Positions 25,273 through 36,825 of a stretch of 64,000 bases of DNA are shown in pieces; the stretch's first letter is position 1, and each line of letters starts with the position of its first letter. The translations under genes and the position numbers were made by a program. The notes below the pieces were generated by a model. It was not told where the DNA came from, ran no database searches, and saw only the letters and a program-made list of their open reading frames with translations. The stretch is from Anolis carolinensis (taxonomy: Eukaryota): NCBI RefSeq assembly GCF_035594765.1, contig NC_085846.1, positions 26,647,190 to 26,711,189 of the forward strand, given 5' to 3'.

Positions 25273-25508
25273 GTAACCCGGCAGCCAACTGGTTGCATGC
25301 TCGCTCTTCCAGGAAGAAACGATGCCCTTACACCAAGTACCAGACCTTGGAACTGGAGAAGGAGTTTCTGTTCAATATGTACCTCACCAGGGACCGTAGA
25401 CACGAAGTGGCCAGGCTGCTCAACCTGAGCGAAAGACAAGTCAAAATCTGGTTTCAGAACCGCAGGATGAAGATGAAGAAAATGAACAAGGAACAAGGCA
25501 AAGAATGA
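25273..25508 (+). CDS. HOXB9: Homeobox protein Hox-B9, exon 2 (homeodomain)
   Basis: Acceptor ttctccttgcAG. Encodes [77 protein letters not shown]. Spliced CDS 774 nt = 257 aa. Confidence 0.97.
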
Positions 25509-28462
25509 AGATCTCCTTCCTGTCCTCCACTTCTCCCGCCCCACTCCCTCCCTTCCTCTCCTCTCCCCCAGTTTTGGCCCTGTCTCCAAACTAATGTTAT
25601 ATTTATGGACAAGGTTTCCCCAGCGGTGCTGGAAAGACAGCAAAACCAAGCCAGACCCGAAGTAGAGCTTCCTGGTCGATATGCCAGGAATATATAATGA
25701 TTGCACCTGCTTGTTTGCATTTCGGTCTTCCCCTGGCCTTGAAGAGATAAGGCTCGTTTGGGACACCTTTGGTTTAGGGGCATTTTGAAATAACTTATAG
25801 CAAGCAGGTTGACAACAGCATCAGCTTTGGATGGCCCTCACATGAAGCCACTCCACCACCATAAACAATTAAATATTTGTAATTTTAATTTAAACTGCCC
25901 CATGCAAAAGACAGTGTTCCCCTTGGAACTTCATTCTCTAAGCCAACTGCTCGTAAATGGCCGCAATGGAGGCTTCCAGGTGGATTGTAACTCAAGCCTT
26001 TCCCCAGATCACTTTCCTCTTCTTGAGAGAGAGGAGGATCATCAGGTGGATTTGTAGAAGATCCTTGGGGAAGTGTCCTACCAAATTCTGGTTAAGGACC
26101 AGTCTTCCCATTGCACATTTAATTCATTCCCCTTCCTTGAGATCAGTTTTCTCCACCTGTGTTGAACTACAGCCCCCATATTCCCCAGCCAAACGGGCCT
26201 TGGGTGATTGCGTGTCCTGGGTATTCCCTTTTCTAACTCTGTTCATACACATGCACCCTCAATAGAGAAATAGGGCAGAATTTGTTGGGTAGATCCAATG
26301 GAATTGTGCAGGAGATAATATTCCCCATCAGGCCTAATATTTTTGATCCTTCCAAGTTGCCCTCAACTTGGAAAGAACAGAAGATGAGTCAGAGAAGGTG
26401 GGCTAAAGATTTTTGGTGTGTATAATAACGGGGGACACTCTGGCTTAGTTTAACTGCTTAGGAAGTTTGTGGCTATTTGTAATTTATTCTGAAGTCAGAG
26501 ATTCAGAAAACCATTCAAGTGCCAAGAGGAGCGGGTCTGGAGTGGGTTTTCCTTTCTTTCTTCAACCAATTCAGTAATACTTGAATGTTCTTGGAAACTT
26601 TGTCCTCTACCCCTGGAGGACAAACCCCTCTTTCATCTTCATATGAAAACGAATTTTGAGGGGCATTAAAAAGCCACGTTGGCTTTTTTGGGGAGGGGGG
26701 AGCTTTTTTATTTTGAATATAAGGAAGTTACATTTTCATTGTTTACATAAATAATTCTTATTTCATACTAAAAGGGGGGCGAGTTTCTCGTCTCTAAAAC
26801 CTTGTCCCTTTAAAATCACCCTAGATGGGATTTTAAGAAAAGGAGGGTAGAGGGGAGAAGGAATCTAGCGGTACCTTTAAGTCGTATCCAGTTTGAAACC
26901 CCTTATCACAGTCTTAAATGTAGTCAGCCTTAAAGGTGCCACTAGGGTCCTCCTTCCTCCCACCCCGACTTTCCTTTTTGCATTGAAACAGACTGACACC
27001 GCTGTCTCTTTGAAAAGTTACATGTGGTCCCCGTTCCTTTACAACTATCTTCCCCCTCCTCTCTTTGGTGGGACTTGGGGAGGGACAAGTAGAGGTAGGT
27101 AAGTAACTTTAGTCCAAGGCGGTTATATATGGCGTGTGAAGGTTTGAGGGTTTTTTGCCATTTCTTTTTTATATAAGGGGGGAAATGTGTTCGTGGCTGT
27201 GATTTTGTGAACGTTCCGCTTGTTTTCTGTGGCTTTTAGGAGTATAAAATGGAGTCTGTACATATTAGTTTCAGAACTGGAGAGGGATTTCCATAGGCAA
27301 AGGCACTCACTCCCCTCTCTTCTGCATCTTTCCATTCGGATTTAGAAATAACGCCAATCAGGTGGCAGAAAGGGTGACTAAACGAGGTGGGAAATTTGAC
27401 CAGGGGTTTTGGAGGGAGAGACAGAATGAGGAGAGAAGACATGAATGTCTACCTTTCAGGATCTTTCTAGACAAAAAACAGTCCCAGCAGAGAAATCTAA
27501 TTTCATAGAGTGTTGTATAGAATTTTTGATACCATTTTTGTCTGCTGACGAGAGCGATTGTTCTTTAGACATTTGATAGGGATATTTTAATCTTTCCAAG
27601 TAGCGTTGCCTGGTTTCTGAAAACTGGAAGAAAAGAAATCTCTTTTAGGGAGGCTAGATGAGTATTTTTTAAAAATCTGCATTGAAAAAGGAAGGCATTT
27701 GTGGGATTTAAAAAAATAATTTCCTTCAAAACTCTTGAAACATTCAATTCCTAAATAGTGGTGGGTTGGGTTTTTTTTTGGGAGGGGGGGGGTTTACAGC
27801 AGAAACTTTATAAAAGGTGAAAGATCAGCACAAACAACGGATTTTAGCAAGTCTGGTCATTTCAACTAGTCAGGTTTCACCTTCTCTTTTACAAAAAAAA
27901 AATCAAATTGATAGTGAAATTTCCATGGATAGAAACGGTCCAGTAAAATAACAAATTAAACAATTTGAAGTCGTCTTGTTTTAAATGAGATTGTCATTTG
28001 TGGGATGTCTGTTAAACCTGGGCAGGTTTGGTAGTATTATGTGATTTGTCTGTGTTTCATTTCTGGCTGGTGCTTCAAATGAAGCTAAAAAACCTATGGT
28101 AAAAAACAAAACAAAATGAAATAATCCAGAAACATTTCCAGGGTTAATATTATTATTTTATAAAGAGAACCATCTCCATGTATGTATTAGCATATTCACC
28201 CACTTTAGTCCTAGATTCATCTCTAGACCTTATTAATGAAAAATAAGATTATTATTTTGCAAAAAGAAATGCTTTTTTTGGGCAACAGCATGGGTTAAAT
28301 ATTAAAAGAATCTAGCTGATTTCGTTAAAGAAGCTTCTGTCTTGAGAGGGTTGAAAAAAACACTATGGTTTCCTCTGTTCAGTAAGGTCCAAATGTATTT
28401 TCCACACTTGTTTTAATGCCTCAGAATAAAAAATCGATTTGAAGGGTGGGGAGGTGGGGAAG

Positions 28463-28469
28463 CTACCTA
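28463..28469 (+). promoter_or_regulatory. miR-196 7mer seed match (CTACCTA) in putative HOXB9 3' UTR
   Basis: Complement of miR-196 nt 2-7 plus A1, lying between two AATAAA (28425-28430 and 28719-28724). Confidence 0.4.
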
Positions 28470-28718
28470 TATCTCATTGTGTTATACTGCTACTTCTAGA
28501 ACTTGAGAAATATTTGCAACTGTGTTTGAGTTTTTTTTCCTTCTGGCCTCTTTGCCATGTATTTGTAAAGAGCTGGCGTTTTTGTTTTGTTTTGCTATTG
28601 TTTGGTCGAAGAATTTTTTTCTTTGACAAAACGGTCACTTTAGGAAAGCTGATATGCATTTGTTTCCAATGTATTCTCGTTTTCATCCGTGTTCAACGGG
28701 CTGCATCTCTAAAACAGA

Positions 28719-28724
28719 AATAAA
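28719..28724 (+). terminator. Putative HOXB9 polyadenylation signal
   Basis: AATAAA followed by U/GU-rich sequence after a long AU-rich UTR-like stretch. Confidence 0.5.
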
Positions 28725-29364
28725 GGGGTTCTCTTTCTTTCCATTTGTGGCGAAAAGAGTCATTATTGTTCTTATTACTTTTCAGTGAGGAATAAATAAT
28801 CAGGGAAAGGTGAATGAATGAACCAAGGAATTAAGCGAGAGACTAAATATATAAGATTCATGGTATGAAATAACAGTCAACCTTGCTATTAAGGATAGTA
28901 AAAGAATACTTAATGGTAAGGGTGTTTTTCATTGCCCATAATGAATATGAGTGTATATATATATGTACATGGATATCCAAAATAGCCTCATCAAGTAAAG
29001 GAATAAATATCACAGATCTGATAAGGCTTTTTTTTTCTTCAAATGCTTTGTGATTCCACTTTCCAAAAGTCATTTCAGGCAGAACCACCAAGCAATGAAA
29101 GGGATATTCCTGTTTTGTTTTGTGTGGGTTTCCACATTAGTGATTCTCAAAACTGAAAACAAAAACATGATCTTTGCAACATACAATTGCATCCAGTTAA
29201 AAAGAGAAATACTCAGCCGCCATCGCACAAACACACACACAGATAGTTAGAATATATACCAATATGTATGCATATTTATCAGAATATATGTCTCTATTTT
29301 CTTGGCAAATCCTGAGAAGAGAAGAAAGCGGTCTCTGGATCTTCCTGGGATAGAAACGGGAGAG

Positions 29365-29512
29365 AAACTTGTCATAAAAGAGGGGAGAAAACTCGGCGCA
29401 GTAGGCTGCCGTAAAAGAATATGACCGCCATAAAACTTTATAGGGTATAAATTTCTGAAGGTTAAGGAACTAAGCAACTGTAAAGCAAACAAGAGTAGAA
29501 AACTTTCAGAAG
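29365..29512. promoter_or_regulatory. Cdx/posterior-Hox site cluster between HOXB9 and HOXB8 (enhancer-like)
   Basis: GTCATAAAA 29371, GCCGTAAAA 29408, GCCATAAAA 29427, TTTATAG 29437 and GTATAAA 29445 within 80 bp. Confidence 0.65.
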
Positions 29513-31057
29513 CTCCTAAATTACTAGAAGGTACTAGAAGGGGGGGGGGGGAGCTGAGGGGTGGGAGGCACCCAGTTTCTTTTTTTTTGCCAGGAAAAAA
29601 ATAATAAGAAAGGTTTTGGAATAAAAGAGGGAGAAAAAAAGGAAAGAGGAAGAAAACCTTTGTGATTTTTATTCCCCTCTTGTGGATTCTGCTCCACTCC
29701 AGCGATCTGGATTGCTTCACCCTTTGTCTATTGCCTCTTATCACTTCCAAGCTGCCATGCAGCATCCTGGATCATAAACTCCCAGCATTAACCATCCCAT
29801 CACACACCCGACCATTTTCCCCAGTATAGACACACACATCCCTGAAGTTCTGGCCAGACGTCTGAGTTCGGGAAGGCTTACTTTACACTTTAAAGAGAGG
29901 AAAAAAGAGAAAGTGGGGGAAGGGGAAGGGGGATAAAGAAGAGAAGACTTTCTTTACAACCCAAGTTTTCCCCCACCCATCCTTCCAGAGCAGAATACGT
30001 CAATTGTTTAGTCTCGGGGCTTTGAAACAATGGTGGTTTTTCAAATGCGAAGTCTCAGCCTCCTGCTTTTATGGCTTTGAAAAGGACCGGATGGAGGATG
30101 GAGAGTATATGGCCTAGAGAGAGACTTCTGAGCGGTCTCTTTGCCCCCTTTCCTCGCTCACATTCATATGCCGAATCTGATAATTTCACAGAGGAATTGT
30201 CCTATGAAACAATGCTTGGAAAAGCACACACACACAGAGAAATAAAAGGGATCAATAAAAGCCCAAGCACAGGGAAATCGTTCTATAACCCATCTTCGTT
30301 TATTAGCCCTGTGGACATTTAAGGGTGTCTTACTCCGAGCGGTCGTTAGATGTCGCTGTTACTCCACGCTTAGAAAGGAGCGACCCTCCTCTGCTTCTTG
30401 GGTTTCTTTGCCCCTGAGTCCACAACACCTTGATTTCATTAGGAACAATAAACGGAATGGCTGCTCAAAAGCGTGGTGGATAAATACCCCTCCCTTCCTT
30501 TGACATAAAATATAGAAATAATAACAACGGCGACCGTTCCTTTTCCATTTTTGGAGGCGCAGGCGTTGCCACGTTTGGAGGCATGGGAAGGTGAGCATCC
30601 AGAATAAAACTGGAGGCACAAACGAGGCAGGAGATTCTCCTTTGCAAGATCCCCTTTGCAAGGAAAAGAGGACTGTGGAAGAATTGCTGGGCATATTTCA
30701 CCCATTGCCATCCAACCTGTGAGGAGAGTTTTCCCTGCTGTGCTTATGTATTGAGTATCCAAGGCCTGGAAGATGTGTGTATGATGGAGTAAACAAACAC
30801 TCTTTTGAAAGCGAAGACATATAGTCTTTGATTTGTCACTCTGTTCCTCCCGGTGCCAAAAGGTTGTGATGTCTATATTACATTTTTCAATATCTAGGAT
30901 GCACTGACCTGGAGAAAGGAGTATAGGTCAGAAATCTGGAAGGGAAGACTTGTGTTGTCATTTCCTTAAAGATCCCATCAGACTTTGGTGTCAAATACGA
31001 CAAGAGGTAGACCTTATCAAACAATAACTAGGAATATTTTTAAACATTTTTTCAGCA

Positions 31058-31236
31058 TGGGTTGCTGTGAGTTTTCGAGGCTGTATGGCCATGTTCCAGA
31101 AGCATTCTCTCCTGACATTTCCCCTGCATCTATGGACTGCATTTATGGCCATAGATGTAGGGGAAATGTCAGGAGAGAATGCTTCTGGAACATGGGCAAC
31201 CCAGTGATTTCGGCCATGAAAGCCTTCCAAAACACA
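31058..31236. mobile_element. Penelope-like fold-back element with TSD
   Basis: Inverted pLTR ends flanked by ACATTTTT(T)CAGCA on both sides. Confidence 0.8.
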
Positions 31237-32472
31237 TTTTTCAGCACCCTCCAACTTTAATGTTTTGGCCTAGCTTTGAATGATTTTCTCATTTCTATGT
31301 TTCTGTGTTTGTGCCTCTCGTTTGTAAATATACAAATAAAATAGAGTGGAAATATTCAAAATGAATCGAAAACAGAGACGAATTTTGTTTCCCTTGCCCC
31401 TTGATAGTTGGTGACAACCTTTTACGTCCAAGAGGAAATAAACGCCAACAAGTTTGTCTTCCAGATTATTCATTAAAAAGTACACACACAACCAAGCCTT
31501 TGCTCATTACCTACCCCCTTCAAATAATAGAAAATGAATATGATTTGATACAGACCGTGATTGGAGACGGAGAAAAAAATAACATGACGATAAAAAGAGA
31601 AAAGGTTTAGAAATAGATTCTGTTTTAATGAATCTGTTCTTTAGAAAGCTTCCAGGTCCTTAGAAGGAAGTATAGGCAAGAGATACGGCTGACATTCAAT
31701 GCTCGATTTGGTTCAGCGGCACAGAACCGATTTTACAAGCGTACAAAACCAGAAAGAACTCGTGAGTGAACGAAGAAGGCAGAGGATAACAACACAGAAG
31801 ATACAATTCCTCTTAAAAGGCCAATCCCAGCAACTCCAAACGGTATGAAAGCAGTAATCTTTTAAGGGGCAAATTCATAGATACCTCTCTTTAAAAAAAC
31901 AACAGTAGCAGTAGCAACAACCCATTCATGAGGCTATAAAATAATGAAAAGTTACAGTTTACCAAGTGCTGTATTTGGAGGAATGAGGGGGGGGGAGAGA
32001 GAGATTTTTCTGATAAATCTTCCCTCCCTTGGGTATTTGTAAATTATGTTCCCACTTTCTCTCGTGGTCCCTCTTCTCCCCCCTCCCTCCCTTGTAACAG
32101 AAATATTTTCCTTTCATCGGAGGGTCCCCAGTACAGTATGGCAATGATTTAGTGCAAGCGGCTGGTTCTTGATCCACGGTGGGTCGTCTCTTTTTGAAGG
32201 CGTTGATCTGTTGTTTAAAAAATGTTCAGCTTCCAAGACAACTTAGTCCTCCTTCTCTCCCTTTGCTGCTCCCCTTCACCTCAGGAAATGCGTGCTCACA
32301 ATTCCCCTTCCGCACCTTGAGAAGTAGCTCTTTTATTGACAGATCCGTGGACTTAAATCCTGGTGTGACTTCAATGTACCTCCCTTTCAATGTATGTGTG
32401 AGGAAACAAAGCAAACATTTTTAAAAGGCAAATTCCTTGAAAATCCTAGAAGTGGGTTCAAATTTAGACTTA

Positions 32473-32724
32473 GGGCCCTTCCACACAGCCATATAACCCA
32501 GAATATCAAGACAGAAAATCCCACCTTATCTGCTTTGAACTAGAATATATGGCAGTGTGGACTGGGATAACCCAGTTCAAAGAAGATATTGTGGGATTTC
32601 CTGCCTTGATATTCTGGGTTATATGACTGTATAGAAGAGCCCTGCGTTATCTGAGTCCACACTGCCACATATCCCAGTTCAAAGCAGAAAATGTGGGATT
32701 TTATTCAGCTGTGTGGAAGGGGCC
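32473..32724. mobile_element. Harbinger-type MITE plus adjacent half copy
   Basis: GGGCCCTTCCACACAGCC...GCTGTGTGGAAGGGGCC. Confidence 0.7.
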
Positions 32725-33623
32725 AGAGTCATTTATGCTGTTGGGAAACCTCTCTCCCTTTAAAACGCTCCTGGAAATGTGTTGGAAACTTTGGGGCAGG
32801 AAAGGCGATCCTAAACTAACCTTCCAGGGGTTGGGGTTGGGATAAACCTTGATGCAGCTAGAGAAGTAAATCGTTCAAAAGTGTACAGACCAAAGGGAGA
32901 GGAATCCAGATCAATTTGGTTCTTTTCCTTGGCAAATTTGTGACTAAGTTTGGGGCTCTTTTTCTTTCAAGCAAAGCAACCCGCTTGCTTTTATTTTGCC
33001 TAACAGAAAAGAACATAAAAATAAAACTTCCACATTAAAAAAACAAGCAAAAAAGCTCCAATTGAAGGCTTCTCGATGAGTTAAAATGCATTTAATTGTG
33101 GGAGGGATGAGAGAGAATGAAGGATTTAGATAAAACCCATCTCTTGCCAAATAAAAACGGAATGGCTTCTACTTTTCAAAGAAGTTAGCGTGGATCATCT
33201 TGAAGCAGTTCTTTCCCATTTCCTTCTCTCCCTCCTTCCTTCCTCTCCTATTTCCTTCCTTGCTCCCTCTCATTTTCTCCTTTCTTTGGTCTCTTCTTTC
33301 TTCCCTCCTTCTCAGCTAGGTAAGTAGGCACCATACCAGAAATTCTCCTTCCCAATCTTTATCTTTGGGGTTTTAAAAAGATGGTTTTCTTTTCATTTGG
33401 GAGTGTTTGTCTATGGTTTCATAACTGAGATGCTTTGAGGATGCAAACATAACTGTTAGGGTGTTTTTCTGGGTGGGGGAAGAGCTGGGTGTCTTCCCAT
33501 TTACAGAGTGAAAAGAGCCCCCAAAGCTCCAAGAAGTCGTGCTTTTTCAGCCTAATGTTCTTGCAGTTAGGTTCTTAAAACAGGGGAAATGTCAGTGTGT
33601 GTCTTGAGAAAAGCTATGGAATA

Positions 33624-33726
33624 AGCCTCACAACCTCTAAGAATGCCTGCCATAGATGTGGGCGAAACGTCAGGAGAGAATGCTTCTGGAACATGGCCAT
33701 ACAGCCCGGAAAACTCACAGCAACCC
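33624..33726 (+). mobile_element. Penelope-like pLTR fragment with 12-bp TSD
   Basis: TSD AGCTATGGAATA at 33612-33623 and 33727-33738. Hammerhead core mutated (CTAAGAA). Confidence 0.8.
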
Positions 33727-34269
33727 AGCTATGGAATACCTTCCTATTTGCGGGATTGATCCTGATTAGGATTGAGATATTTCGAAGTTGGAGGGGGGAG
33801 CTGCGAAGAAAGCTCCAAAGTCTCCTGATTTGAGGAGTCATCTTCTTCCTAATAGTTTCTGACTGCGTTTAAAGGGCTCCTATATCCACCCCCTGTGAGC
33901 TTAAATCGAGGGAAATTGTCGAGTTAGCATCTTAAAAGCTGAACGCAACTCTAACAAACGTCAGTAAAATATGGAAAAGGGGGAGAGAAAGAGAGCCCCT
34001 CACCTCCTCCCCCTTCACCCCTGTTTCTCTGCCCCCCCTAAATCCCTTATCCCTCTCCTAGCCTTAAAAGCACCTTGTGGTTCCAACTTTGCTGGGGGTG
34101 GGCGATGATGGGGCTGAGAATGGGTGGCTGTGAATGCTCAGTTAATAATCCCCATAAATGTGGCGTTTTGGAGGTGATAAAGAGACGCAGCATCCCATCT
34201 TCTCCTATGAAGGAGGGAGGGAGGGAGGAGGAGAGGACGGGAGGGTGGGGGAGGGGGAGGGTGGGAGGA

Positions 34270-34620
34270 ATAAAAGAGAGCCGAAAAGTCAATGTTATAT
34301 ATGAAAAACTATAATCATTTTAATTCACTATTGACACCCCAACATCTTGCCATAATGGAGTTGAGGCGTCAATCGAAGCCTGGGTTTTTATAGCAGGAGG
34401 GAAAAAAAAGAACTCATAAAAACCCTTTAACAGCTTTTTATGTAGTGCGATATAACCAGAGGATGAACATCTCCGGGTGCGTTGTTTGGGTTTTTATTTA
34501 TTTATTTATTTGGGGTTGGTTGTTGTGTATGTGTGCCTTGTGTTTTTTTATTTTTTTATTTTTTATTTTATTGCACTTTATAGTTTGTTAAACAGTTTAC
34601 GGCCCCTCTCGTTTTATTTT
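34270..34620. promoter_or_regulatory. Hox/Cdx motif-rich element upstream of HOXB8
   Basis: TTTTTATAG, TCATAAAA, TTTTTATG, TTTACGG and GCCATAAT in non-repetitive DNA. Confidence 0.5.
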
Positions 34621-35299
34621 CGGGGGGGGGGGGAGAGAAGGGGGTGAGTGGTAGGGTGTCCTCCCCCTCCCCCTCTGTTACCAAATGGGCCATTTTTCCC
34701 CCTTTTCTCCGCTGATAGTTAAACCTTTATCAATAATAAGGAAATTGATCATTAAAATGTTAAATCTGACTACCTCGTTTGTTTTAAAATATGTCGAGGC
34801 TACAGGACGCCGTTGGATTTGATAACTTGGTATTAAAATACCAATTACATTTATAGGAGGCTTTTAGAAAAAAAACGGGTAGCAATTAAACCCGGCCTCT
34901 TTTTTTACAGTTTTCCAAAGCAACTCTGACATTTTCCAAAGGCTAAAACTGCCTCGTTAAAACATAAGGGAGAAGGGGGGGGGACCAAAAAAAATAATTT
35001 AAAAAATGGAAATTAACGACGGGAGCAAAAGCCTCTCTTTAATTTCTCAGCCCTCCCCAAATATCAATCTTTGGGGTGGGCTTAGGTGATGATTTGTCGA
35101 GAGGCGAGAGATATCTCATTAACGTAGATAGTTTAGCATATTTAATCTCTATATTTACCCCACCCCACCCCTCCCTCTCTCTCTCCCTCGCTTGTGCTCT
35201 CTTTCTCTCCCCCCTTCTCTCTCTCTCTCTCTCTCTTTTCCCTCCTCTGTCTCAGACTCACTCTCCTTTCTGCTCGCAGGCTGCTCAGAGTCCGTGTGG

Positions 35300-35450
35300 A
35301 GTACGTGGAAACCAATAGGATGAGGGTTCCGTAATAGATGCAAATGATCCAGAAAAGACACTGCGAAATATGAACAAACTCATTTGCTCCGAAGTAAATC
35401 ACGGAAAACTGTTTATGAACTGGCACCTCTCCTTGGAAATGTAAAGCGAG
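35300..35450 (+). promoter_or_regulatory. HOXB8 promoter / leader block
   Basis: CCAAT, GTAAATCA (Pbx-Hox type, reverse) and TTTATGA in a complex sequence block flanked by CT- and GA-rich tracts. Confidence 0.5.
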
Positions 35451-35837
35451 CGACTCTTTCTTTTCTTTTCTTTTTTTTGTTGTTGTTGTTTTGTTTAAGT
35501 GCCGATTTTTTCCTCAAAAAGGGGGGGTTGAAGAAGGAGGAGGGGGTGAAGAAGAAAAAGGAGAAGAGAGAGACAGGCAGGCAGGCAGAGAGGGAGAGAG
35601 AGAAAAGAGAGAAAGGAATAATAATAACAACAACAACAATCACAACAACAACAACAACAACAATAAAAAAGCGAGGAATCCGAGACCATGTCCTGTGGCA
35701 AAGCGTTTTGACTCAATCCTCTGGATTTTTTTTTTGAAAAAATCTATGTCTATCTTTATATATTCCTGGAAACCTCCAAGACTCGTGGGTTAGCATCTCA
35801 TCGCTTTCATCTTGATTTTGTGGCTAATTTCGAGGGC

Positions 35838-36335
35838 TTGGAGAGATCTATTTTACCTTCAAGCTGACTCTTTAGACTGAAAAATCTCTTTGGATTTGGA
35901 GAGATCTCCCTTACCTTCAAGCTCTGACCCTCTCTGTTGAAAGTCTCTCTCTTTTCCGGGGTGTTTGGAGAGATCTACTTTACCTTCAAGCTGACTCTTT
36001 AGACTGAAAATCTCTTTCTTTCCTGTGGATTTGGAGAGATCTTCCTTCCCTTCAAGCTCTAACTCTCTCTATTGAAAGTCTCCCTCTTTTCCAGTGGGTT
36101 TGGAGAGATCTCCCTTACCTTCAAGCTCTGACTCTCTCCCTTGAAAGTCTCTCGCCTTTCCGGTGGGTTTGGAGAGATCTACTCTACCTTCAAGCTGACT
36201 CTTTAGACTGAAAATCTGTCTCTTTCCGGTGGGTTTGGAGAGATCTTTCTTCCCTTCAAACTCTGACTCCTTTTCTCTCTCTCTTTCCGGTGGCTTTGGA
36301 GGGATCTGCCCTACCTTCCAGCCCTGACCCTATCT
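35838..36335 (+). repeat. Minisatellite, 8 units of ~58-69 bp, just 5' of the HOXB8 ATG
   Basis: Units start TTGGAGAGATCT at about 35838, 35896, 35965, 36031, 36100, 36169, 36235 and 36296. Confidence 0.9.
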
Positions 36336-36398
36336 AAGCCTCTCCCGCCCTCTCTCTTTCTCTCTCCATCGCTCCTTCTCCCGGCTCTTCCTATGACC

Positions 36399-36825
36399 AT
36401 GAGCTCCTACTTCGTCAACTCCCTCTTCTCCAAGTACAAAGCCGGCGACTCCTTGCGCCCCAACTTCTACGACTGCGGCTTCGCGCAGGAGCTGGGCGGC
36501 AGACCCACGGTGGTGTACGGGCCCAGCGCCGGGGGCAGCTTCCAGCACCCCACGCAGATCCAGGACTTCTACCACGGCGCCGCCTCCACGCTCTCGGGCG
36601 CCTCGTACCAGCAGAACCCCTGCGCCGTCGCCTGCCACGGCGACCCGGGCAACTTCTACGGCTACGACCCTTTGCAGAGGCAGAGCCTCTTCGGCGCCCA
36701 GGACGCCGACCTGGTCCAGTACCCGGACTGCAAGCTCGCCTCCAGCGGCGCCCTGAGCGAGGACGCCGACAACGCCGAGCAGAGCCCCTCGCCCACGCAG
36801 CTCTTCCCCTGGATGAGACCCCAAG
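36399..36825 (+). CDS. HOXB8: Homeobox protein Hox-B8, exon 1
   Basis: [14 protein letters not shown]...[12 protein letters not shown] (hexapeptide FPWM). Donor AAG|GTGAGC at 36825/36826. An in-frame ATG also lies at 36393. Confidence 0.96.

Noticed and set aside
35838-36335. CRISPR-like periodic array
   Set aside because: Vertebrate DNA; the whole unit repeats with no unique spacers and there are no cas genes. It is a minisatellite.
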